A stretch of 60,649 nt of DNA, the filler included. It is 4 parts of 4 records of this genome, joined end to end, with 100 filler letters (N's around TTAATTAATTAA, not from the genome) between each part and the next. Parts side by side here need not be neighbours in the genome. Positions count along the whole stretch, not along the records: positions 53,174 to 60,649 come from DRR723986_13868; 3 more parts are not named here. One strand, given 5' to 3'. Position 1 is the first letter of the stretch, and every line of letters starts with the position of its first letter. Below the pieces are notes generated by a model. That model made no database searches and was not told the origin of the DNA. It saw only the letters and a list, made by a program, of their open reading frames with translations. Positions 53,175 through 60,649 of the stretch are shown in pieces. A program made the position numbers and the translations under genes.

Positions 53175-54635
53175 GTCACCGAGATCCCCTATCAGGTGCA
53201 GAAATCGCGGCTGATCGAAAAGATTGCCGAACTGCTGACGGCGCGCAAGCTGCCGCTTCTGGACGATATCCGCGATGAATCTGCCGAAGATATCCGCATC
53301 GTCCTGGTACCGCGTTCGCGCAATGTCGACGCAAATATCCTCATGGAATCCCTGTTCAAGCTGACGGACCTGGAAAACCGGTTCTCCTTGAACATGAATG
53401 TCCTTTCCATGGGCAAGGTGCCGATGGTCATGGGCCTGAAACAGGTCCTGCGCGAATGGCTTGATCACCGCAAGGAAGTGCTGATCCGCCGTTCCGAGTA
53501 CCGTCTCGGCCAGATCAACCATCGTCTGGAAGTTCTGGAAGGCTATCTTGTTGCCTATCTGAACCTGGACGAGGTCATCCGCATCATCCGTGAAGAGGAC
53601 GAACCCAAAGCCGAACTGATGCGGACTTTCGAGCTGTCGGACGTTCAGGCGGAAGCCATCCTCAACATGCGCCTGCGCTCCTTGCGCAAGCTTGAAGAAA
53701 TGGAAATCCGCAAGGAACACGACAAGCTGTCGGCCGAGAAGGACGACCTGACCAAACTGCTCGGTTCCGATGCGCGTCAGTGGACCAAGATCTCCAAGGA
53801 AATTGCGGAAATCTCCAAGGTCTATGGCCCTGAAACCGAAATCGGCAAGCGGCGAACCGACAAGTCCGAAGCTCCGGAAACGGACCTGATCGACATCCAG
53901 CAGGCAATGATCGAAAAGGAACCGATCACCGTCATCATTTCCGAAAAAGGCTGGATCCGGGCGATGAAAGGTCACCAGACGGACCTTTCCGGTGTTGCGT
54001 TCAAGCAAGGCGACAAACTGAAACTGTCACTCCACGCCGAGACGACGGACAAGATCCTGCTGTTCTCCACCGGAGGCAAGTTCTTCACGCTTGGTGCCGA
54101 CCGCCTGCCTGGCGGACGCGGCCATGGCGAGCCGATACGTCTGATGGTGGAAATGGACGAAGCACAGGACGTGGTCAACGCCTTCGTTCACAAACCTGGC
54201 CGAAACCTGCTCCTGGCAACCACCGAAGCGCGTGGTTTTGTCGTCAGCGAGGACGACGTCGTTGCCAACACGCGCAAGGGCAAGCAGGTTCTCAACCTCA
54301 GCGCTCCGGCGGAAGCCTCGATCTGTGTCGAGGCATCGGGTGACCAGGTGGCCATCATCGGTGAAAACCGGAAACTGCTGGTATTCCCGATGGCACAGAT
54401 CCCGCAAATGGGTCGCGGCCGCGGCGTCCGCCTGCAGCGCTACCGGGACGGCAACATCTCGGACATTCGGGTCTTCAAGGGCGAAGACGGCCTGACCTGG
54501 ACCGACAGTTCCGGCCGCAGTTTTACCCGGACAATGGAAGAGCTTGCGGACTGGCGCGGCGAACGCGGTCAGGCCGGTCGCCTGCCGCCCACGGGTTTCC
54601 CCCGGTCGAACAAGTTCGGGCCCAGCAAGCTTTAA
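53175..54635 (+). CDS. parC: DNA topoisomerase IV subunit A, 5'-truncated
   Basis: [27 protein letters not shown], no GyrA box, alphaproteobacterial end [14 protein letters not shown]. Confidence 0.93.
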   Translation, partial: VTEIPYQVQKSRLIEKIAELLTARKLPLLDDIRDESAEDIRIVLVPRSRNVDANILMESLFKLTDLENRFSLNMNVLSMGKVPMVMGLKQVLREWLDHRKEVLIRRSEYRLGQINHRLEVLEGYLVAYLNLDEVIRIIREEDEPKAELMRTFELSDVQAEAILNMRLRSLRKLEEMEIRKEHDKLSAEKDDLTKLLGSDARQWTKISKEIAEISKVYGPETEIGKRRTDKSEAPETDLIDIQQAMIEKEPITVIISEKGWIRAMKGHQTDLSGVAFKQGDKLKLSLHAETTDKILLFSTGGKFFTLGADRLPGGRGHGEPIRLMVEMDEAQDVVNAFVHKPGRNLLLATTEARGFVVSEDDVVANTRKGKQVLNLSAPAEASICVEASGDQVAIIGENRKLLVFPMAQIPQMGRGRGVRLQRYRDGNISDIRVFKGEDGLTWTDSSGRSFTRTMEELADWRGERGQAGRLPPTGFPRSNKFGPSKL

Positions 54636-54665
54636 GGCAAAGCTCCCGGTCGTTTTCCGATCGGG

Positions 54666-55574
54666 CTAAGCCATACTGGCGGCGCAAAGCTGCCGCCAGT
54701 GACCAGGTGTCATCCCGAATGTTCGCTTGAAGTGACGTGTCAGATGACTTTGATCCGCAAAGCCGCTGGCAAAGGCCGCGTCGGCAAGTGACGCTCCCTG
54801 ATGCAGCTCCGTTTTGGCCCTCTCAAGACGCCGCATGACGAGATACCGGTGCGGGCTCGTTCCAAAGACCTTTCGAAACTGCCGCGACAGGGAAAACCTG
54901 TCCATCTGCGCCAGGTCCTCCAGTTCCTCCATGGCTACACGGTCTGCACAGCCTTCTCTCAAGTACTCGGCGCAGGCCTTCAGGGACGGCCAGTTCAATG
55001 AGGAGACACCTGCCATGCGGTCATCGGCATGACGAGCCAGGCAAGCTGCCAGATCCGCAATCAGGCAGTCGCGCCGGAAAGGCCCGATTTCGTGATCGAT
55101 ATCGGTCAGGGCGTCCGCCAGATCTTTCCTGAAGCCTGCGTCGGAGATGACGGGTGAGCCGATAAACGGCAGCCGCGCGTTGCCCGAGGCAGCCAGGGTT
55201 TCACAAATCAGCTCCGGTGAAATGTAGATCATGCGGTAGCGGAGCCCGCGTTCAGTCCCTGCACCACCATCATGCAGTTCGTCCGGATGAATGACGATCA
55301 CCTGCCCCGGCAGCGAAGCACGTTTCTCACCGCGATAACTGAAGGTCTGTACGCCGCTCAGGGTCAAACCGATGGCGTAGGTGTCGTGCCGGTGAGGTGT
55401 AAAGCCGTTGCCGTGAAACCGGGCGTCAATGCGCTCGATCCCTTCTTCCGGTGGCGCTACCTGGATCCTGTCCGCTTCCACTTCGCACAAACGTTCAAGA
55501 CCACTCGGCTTCGGCTCCGCTAGTTCCTTGCTTTCGCCTTTAAGATGAAATCCCCGCGTGGAGTTGAAAGTCAT
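54666..55574 (-). CDS. AraC-family regulator (cupin + HTH); start uncertain (ATG 55574 or TTG 55490)
   Basis: PHRHDTYAIG, HPDELHDG, GFADQSHLTRHFKR.FG.TPG. Confidence 0.9.
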   Translation of the reverse strand: MTFNSTRGFHLKGESKELAEPKPSGLERLCEVEADRIQVAPPEEGIERIDARFHGNGFTPHRHDTYAIGLTLSGVQTFSYRGEKRASLPGQVIVIHPDELHDGGAGTERGLRYRMIYISPELICETLAASGNARLPFIGSPVISDAGFRKDLADALTDIDHEIGPFRRDCLIADLAACLARHADDRMAGVSSLNWPSLKACAEYLREGCADRVAMEELEDLAQMDRFSLSRQFRKVFGTSPHRYLVMRRLERAKTELHQGASLADAAFASGFADQSHLTRHFKRTFGMTPGHWRQLCAASMA

Positions 55575-55980
55575 GTTCGAAACCAAGTTCGTCGTTGTTG
55601 TCCGAGAAGATCTCGCTGTCTGGCAGAAGCTGAATGTGACTGCTTTCCTGTCAACCGGCGTTGCCGCTGCAAAGCCCGGCATAATCGGCGAACCCTATAG
55701 CGATGCGGCGACCAATGTCTATCACCCGATGAGTGTCCAGCCGATCATCGTCCTGAGTGCCGACGCAGAAACACTCGGCAAGATCCACAAGCGGACGCTG
55801 GACCGTTCGGTTCCGGCAAGTCTTTACATCGAGGAAATGTTCACCACGGGCCATGACAGTGCGAACCGGGAGGTCTTTTCGCGCTTTGGCCCGGATGATG
55901 CGAAGGTGGTCGGCATTGCCTTTCATGCGGACAAGAAGGTCGCAGACAAAATTTCCAAGGGCGCGAAGATGCATGCCTGA
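55573..55980 (+). CDS. DUF2000 family protein (Pth2-like fold)
   Basis: MFETK..VV.REDL..WQKLNVTAFL, MF.TGHD..NR. Confidence 0.85.
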   Translation: MFETKFVVVVREDLAVWQKLNVTAFLSTGVAAAKPGIIGEPYSDAATNVYHPMSVQPIIVLSADAETLGKIHKRTLDRSVPASLYIEEMFTTGHDSANREVFSRFGPDDAKVVGIAFHADKKVADKISKGAKMHA

Positions 55981-56108
55981 ACACCTTCAGACTTTGCAGG
56001 CCTCGAAAATTACCCCCCTCCCGCCTTCTTCAAAAGTCGGATCAATCTTCACTCGACTGCGCATGTCTTTTCCGGGCACTGTGGGGCAAAGAAAACCCGG
56101 GAGGACTT

Positions 56109-57272
56109 ATGATAGGGGCGTTCACGTTCAATACCAGTCAGCGCATCGTCTTCGAAAATGGAGCAGCTGCGAACCTGGCACGCCACGCGGCTTCCTTTCT
56201 GGGGCCGCGCCCCTTTCTGGTAACGGATCCCGGCATTGTTTCCCTCGGCCTGCAGGCGTCCTGCGAGGCATCCCTGGTCGGAGCGGGGCATGACATCGCC
56301 CGGTTCAGTGACGTCGTCGCCGATCCGCCGCGGTCCCTGGTCGATGCCGCCGTGGACGCGGCTCGCTCGCACGGCGCAACGTCGATCATCGGATACGGCG
56401 GAGGTTCCTCCCTGGATGTCGCAAAGCTTGTCGCGCTGCTGCTTGGCAGCAACGAGGACCTGGACGAAGCCTGGGGCATAGGAAACGCCAAGGGGCCACG
56501 GCTGCCGCTCATCCTCGTTCCGACCACAGCAGGAACCGGCTCCGAGGTCACTCCGATCTCGATCATTACAGTGGGGGATGAGGAAAAGCGCGGCGTCGTG
56601 TCTCCCTTCCTTCTTCCCGATCTTGCGATCCTCGACCCGCTGCTCACACTTGGCCTGCCAGGCCCTGTCACTGCGGCAACGGGGATAGATGCCATGGTCC
56701 ACGCGATCGAGGGATACGCCTCGAAATCCGTGAACAACAACCCCGTCTCCCGAACGCTTGCCGTTGAAGCCTTGAAACTGCTTGGCGCCAACATTGAAAA
56801 GGCCGTGTTCACACCGGACGACAGGGACGCACGTGGCGCGATGTTGCTCGGCTCCATGCTTGCCGGCATGGCCTTTGCCAATTCACCGGTGGCCGCGGTT
56901 CATGCGCTTGCCTATCCCATCGGCGGCACGTTTCACGTCCCTCACGGGCTATCCAACGCGCTGGTTCTGCCACATGTCCTGAAGTTCAATAACGCTGTTG
57001 CTTCAGAAACTTATGCCGAGATTGCGCCAATTGTTTTCCCTGGACTTGCCGAGGTAAACGATGCCAGGGCGCGCTCTGACCTGTTTGCAGATAACCTGGC
57101 AGACCTGGCTGCAAAACTGGGCCTTCAAACACGCCTGCGCGATGTCGGAATCAGCGAGACTGATCTGCCCAAAATGGCGAGCGACGCCATGAAGCAAACC
57201 CGCCTGCTGGTCAACAACCCGCGGGAGCTTGGCGAAACGGACGCGCTTGAAATCTACAGGGCGGCGCTATGA
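56109..57272 (+). CDS. Iron-containing alcohol dehydrogenase
   Basis: GGGSSLD, PTTAGTGSE, DAMVHAIE, HALAY, PHGLSN; RBS GGAGG. Confidence 0.95.
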   Translation: MIGAFTFNTSQRIVFENGAAANLARHAASFLGPRPFLVTDPGIVSLGLQASCEASLVGAGHDIARFSDVVADPPRSLVDAAVDAARSHGATSIIGYGGGSSLDVAKLVALLLGSNEDLDEAWGIGNAKGPRLPLILVPTTAGTGSEVTPISIITVGDEEKRGVVSPFLLPDLAILDPLLTLGLPGPVTAATGIDAMVHAIEGYASKSVNNNPVSRTLAVEALKLLGANIEKAVFTPDDRDARGAMLLGSMLAGMAFANSPVAAVHALAYPIGGTFHVPHGLSNALVLPHVLKFNNAVASETYAEIAPIVFPGLAEVNDARARSDLFADNLADLAAKLGLQTRLRDVGISETDLPKMASDAMKQTRLLVNNPRELGETDALEIYRAAL

Positions 57273-57727
57273 ACATCACAGCTCATCCACAAGCGGCGAG
57301 GCCGGAACCTTTAAACAGGTTCGAATTCAAAGCTTTTCAACATATCCCCACAAGGTGGATGGATGTGGACATCTACGGGCACGTCAACAACGTTCAGTAT
57401 TTAAGCTTTTTCGATACGGCTGTTAACAGCTGGTACGTTGATAAGAAACTGCTCGACCCGCTAAAGAGCCCCGAGATCTTTCTGGTGGTGGAAACCGGCT
57501 GCCATTACTTCGCCGAACTAACCTTTCCCGCCATCATATCCGCAGGACTGAAGGTTGAAAAACTTGGCTCAACTTCTGTAATTTTCAGGGTTGGATTGTT
57601 TGCCGGCGAAAGCGAGACGACAGCAGCTCACGGCCGCTTTGTCCATGTCCACGTGACCCGTGAAACTCGCAGACCCTGCCCTATTCCCGACTGGAAACGG
57701 GAAATCCTGGAAGGTTTGACGGCTTAG
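57269..57727 (+). CDS. Acyl-CoA thioesterase (4HBT/YbgC family)
   Basis: RW.D.D.YGHVNN..Y; ATGA coupling to the ADH gene. Confidence 0.92.
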   Translation: MNITAHPQAARPEPLNRFEFKAFQHIPTRWMDVDIYGHVNNVQYLSFFDTAVNSWYVDKKLLDPLKSPEIFLVVETGCHYFAELTFPAIISAGLKVEKLGSTSVIFRVGLFAGESETTAAHGRFVHVHVTRETRRPCPIPDWKREILEGLTA

Positions 57728-57763
57728 ATACCGGACAAGTCCGTCGAGACGGTTACATTGCGA

Positions 57764-57907
57764 ATGCTCACAGGCAATCCACGGGAAAAGTCAGGGATGG
57801 CGTTTCCACTACCCACAGGCACTGCACAGCTCTTCCACACGTTATGCGCAAGCTTTCAACAGGTTACGCACAGTCATGGAATTGTCACGCAGCGCCGCTG
57901 TGGATAG
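57764..57907. promoter_or_regulatory. 11-bp-phased array of DnaA-box-like 9-mers
   Basis: Boxes start at 57764, 57775, then 57809, 57820, 57831, 57842, 57853, 57864; inverted TGTGGATAG at 57899-57907. Confidence 0.6.
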
Positions 57908-57913
57908 CGAAAA

Positions 57914-58393
57914 TCAGCTGAAGTTCTTCATCAAGCGGGACTTTTCGCGCTGCCAATCGCGTTTCTTCTCAGTCTCGCGCTTGTCATGCAGCTTTTTGCC
58001 CCGGGCAAGGGCCAATTCCAGCTTTGCCCGGCCCTGCTCATTGAAATAGAGCTTGAGCGGGACAATCGTCTTGCCGTCCTTCTGGACGGCACCTGCCAAC
58101 TTGCCGATCTCGCGCTTGTGCAGCAGCAGTTTGCGCGGACGGCGCGGTTCGTGATTGAACCGATTGGCCTGCAGGTATTCCGGAATATAGACGTTGTAGA
58201 TCCAGATCTCGCCCTTATGTTCGGCGGCGTAGGATTCTGCAATATTCGCCTTGCCGTTGCGCAGCGATTTGACCTCGGTGCCTTTCAGCTCGATGCCTGC
58301 TTCCAGCGTATCTTCGATTTCGAAATTGAACCGGGCTTTCCGGTTGTCGGAAATGATTGTCCGCCCCGGATCGCCCCCTTTTCTCGGAGCCAT
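57914..58393 (-). CDS. smpB: SsrA-binding protein SmpB
   Basis: [39 protein letters not shown]. Confidence 0.98.
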   Translation of the reverse strand: MAPRKGGDPGRTIISDNRKARFNFEIEDTLEAGIELKGTEVKSLRNGKANIAESYAAEHKGEIWIYNVYIPEYLQANRFNHEPRRPRKLLLHKREIGKLAGAVQKDGKTIVPLKLYFNEQGRAKLELALARGKKLHDKRETEKKRDWQREKSRLMKNFS

Positions 58394-58497
58394 TTTTTTC
58401 CTTCCGGCGCCAGCGCCTTGAAGTTCGGTTCGTCTCGAAAAGGCAAACAATCGAGACGAACGTCAGTTCCCGGCAGCCAGTGCCATTCCTTTTCCGG

Positions 58498-59376
58498 TCA
58501 GTTGATCAGCCCTGCGTGTGCCATTGCAGCGCGGATCTCGGCTTGTGCTGCTTCCGTCACCGGCAGAAGAGGCAGCCGCAGCTCTTCGTCCACCTTGCCA
58601 AGCAGGGAAAGCGCATATTTTGCGCCGCCCGGGCTCGGCTCCAGGAACATGGCCCGGTGTAGCGGCGCAAGCCGATCCTGGTATTCCAGCGCCTTCTTGT
58701 AGTCACCGGCAAGCGTGGCAGCCTGGAACTCGGCACACAGGCGCGGTGCAACGTTGGCGGTCACCGAAATGCAACCGACACCGCCATGAGCATTGAAGGC
58801 AAGTGCGGAGATATCTTCACCGGACAGCTGGACGAAATCCGGTCCACACAGATGGCGCTGACGGCTGGCCTTTGCCATGTCAGCCGTTGCATCCTTGACG
58901 CCCTTGATGTTCTCGCAGGTTTCAAACAGCTCTGCCATCGTTTCCGGCAGCATGTCGACAATCGACCGGCCTGGAATGTTGTAGATGAAGATCGGGATGC
59001 CAACGGCATCGTTGACAGCCTTGAAATGGGCCTTCATGCCAGCCTGGTTCGGCTTGTTGTAGTAAGGCGTCACGACCAGCAGGGCATTGGCGCCGGCCTT
59101 TTCGGCGTGTTGCGCGAAGTCGATTGCTTCGATCGTATTGTTTGAACCTGCGCCCGCCATGACGGGAACGCGGCCCGCGGCCGCTTCTACACACAGTTCG
59201 ACAACGCGCTTGTGTTCATCATGGGTCAGCGTCGGGCTTTCGCCGGTCGTGCCCACGGGCACGAGACCGGAGGAACCTTCAGCGATCTGCCAGTCCACGA
59301 ACTCCTGAAACCGTTTCTCATCGAGCGCTCCGTCCTTAAACGGGGTAATCAGCGCTGGAATTGAACCTTTAAACAT
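58498..59376 (-). CDS. dapA: 4-hydroxy-tetrahydrodipicolinate synthase
   Basis: [40 protein letters not shown]. Confidence 0.98.
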   Translation of the reverse strand: MFKGSIPALITPFKDGALDEKRFQEFVDWQIAEGSSGLVPVGTTGESPTLTHDEHKRVVELCVEAAAGRVPVMAGAGSNNTIEAIDFAQHAEKAGANALLVVTPYYNKPNQAGMKAHFKAVNDAVGIPIFIYNIPGRSIVDMLPETMAELFETCENIKGVKDATADMAKASRQRHLCGPDFVQLSGEDISALAFNAHGGVGCISVTANVAPRLCAEFQAATLAGDYKKALEYQDRLAPLHRAMFLEPSPGGAKYALSLLGKVDEELRLPLLPVTEAAQAEIRAAMAHAGLIN

Positions 59377-59655
59377 CTCGGTTTCCTCTTGGATGACTGT
59401 CGTGGTTCCGACGGGCGGAAGGGCATCTGTTTCAGATGGAGGCGCAACATACTCATCTGCCGAACAAGGAGCAATGGTTCCAATGCTATAGAACTGCTGC
59501 TTTTCGACTTTTCTTGCCTTAACTGCGCTCTTCCAGCGACACCTGGCCTCATCTTTTCAATGCCTGATACGAAGTCTTCCTATTGGCACCCGCCCGCAAT
59601 CCACTCTATCTTTGAAAAAAACAACTTTTGGATGGAAACGTTACGGGAGACACCC

Positions 59656-60585
59656 ATGACTTCTGCGCCGCAAGAAGCGCTTGTCAGCTCCAGCACCGCC
59701 CCGATGCCCCCAGTAGTAGACTTTACCTGGAAAAGCCCGGATGGACTTACCTTGTCAGGCTGCGAGTGGCCGTCTGCCAAACCGGCATCAGACGAGGCAG
59801 CGTCGCCAATTCCGGTTCTCTGCCTGCCGGGACTTTCCAGAAATACGCGAGATTTCAATGAGATCGCGCGTTTCCTTCAAACTTGCGGCCACAGGGTCAT
59901 CGCCCTCGACTACAGGGGACGGGGCAAGAGCGACTGGGATCCCGATTGGCGCAATTACGCCTTGACCGTTGAAGACAAGGACATCGATGCTGCCATTGCG
60001 GAACTTGGACTGGACCGTTTTGCCGTTCTTGGAACTTCACGGGGTGGCTTGCATGCCCTGGCAATGGGCTTGCGTTATCCCGCATCCCGAATGGCGGCCG
60101 TGATCTTCAATGACATTGGTCCGCATATCGAGATGCGCGCGATCCACCGGATCGCCGCAACACTCGGCCACCACATGAAATGCGCCTCCCATGAAGACGT
60201 CGCAGCCAACCTGGAACACACGCTCGGATATCAATTCCCTGCCTTCGGGAAGGCTGACTGGCTCAAGCTGGCCGGCCAGCTTGCGAGCGAGCAGGACGGA
60301 CATGTGATGATGGACTACGACCCTGCCCTCGCCCATCAATTGGCAAGTCTCGATGATGCTACGCCCACGCCCGACCTCTGGCCTCTTTACGAAAAGCTGA
60401 CCGACAGACCGGTTCTGGTGCTTCGCGGCGAACATTCGGATCTGCTGAGCCCGGAAACATGTCGGCGGATGACAGACAACCACCCGAATGCCACAGCAAA
60501 AACCATTCCCGGCCAAGGGCATGCCCCTGTTCTGTGGGATGGCGAGACGCACAAGACGATTTCGGATTTTCTGAAAAGCGTTTGA
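59656..60585 (+). CDS. Alpha/beta hydrolase
   Basis: LPGLSRN.RDF, DYRGRG.S, GTSRGG nucleophile, GHAP; RBS GGGAGA before ATG 59656. Confidence 0.92.
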   Translation: MTSAPQEALVSSSTAPMPPVVDFTWKSPDGLTLSGCEWPSAKPASDEAASPIPVLCLPGLSRNTRDFNEIARFLQTCGHRVIALDYRGRGKSDWDPDWRNYALTVEDKDIDAAIAELGLDRFAVLGTSRGGLHALAMGLRYPASRMAAVIFNDIGPHIEMRAIHRIAATLGHHMKCASHEDVAANLEHTLGYQFPAFGKADWLKLAGQLASEQDGHVMMDYDPALAHQLASLDDATPTPDLWPLYEKLTDRPVLVLRGEHSDLLSPETCRRMTDNHPNATAKTIPGQGHAPVLWDGETHKTISDFLKSV

Positions 60586-60619
60586 ATCTGGCGACCACCT
60601 GGCCTTGTTCCGCTTAGCT

Positions 60620-60649
60620 CTTCTGAGCTTCTGAGCTTCTGAGCTTCTG
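60620..60649. repeat. 8-bp tandem repeat (CTTCTGAG)n, truncated at the window end
   Basis: Three full copies plus CTTCTG. Confidence 0.9.

Noticed and set aside
53118-54008. 296-aa ORF antisense to parC and other ORFs running into N-runs
   Set aside because: Shadow or linker artefacts.
55573-58393. Pth2-fold DUF2000 near smpB as a ribosome-rescue cluster
   Set aside because: Opposite strands, separated by unrelated metabolic genes; probably coincidental.

Overview
The window is not one locus. It is four unrelated contigs joined by identical 100-bp linkers (44 N + TTAATTAATTAA + 44 N) at 24984-25083, 47841-47940 and 53074-53173. Contig A (1-24983) is a Burkholderiales-type betaproteobacterial core region bounded by truncated tRNA-Leu and tRNA-fMet genes. 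It carries hfq-hflX-hflK-hflC-DUF2065-hisZ-purA-PRTase, yihY/wrbA, scpB-rluB, rimP-nusA-infB-rbfA-truB-typA and dusA. Contig B (25084-47840) is planctomycete-like (DUF1552/DUF1592, DUF3299, DUF1573, rnr, moeA, glycosylasparaginase). Contig C (47941-53073) is FCB-group-like and encodes a 1511-aa secreted protein preceded by the tail of a related gene. Contig D (53174-60649) is alphaproteobacterial (parC, AraC/DUF2000, Fe-ADH, smpB, dapA). No phage, transposase, CRISPR or recognisable defence genes were seen. The best leads are: (1) a DARS-like DnaA-box/IHF/Fis element at about 23780-24053; (2) an exactly 11-bp-phased array of degenerate DnaA boxes downstream of smpB (57764-57907); (3) a planctomycete cluster of four exported Cys-pair proteins that may handle metals or thiols (37816-42414); (4) a DUF3127 protein ending in an SSB-type DDDDIPF tail. 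All family and taxon calls come from motif recognition by eye; no database search was run.
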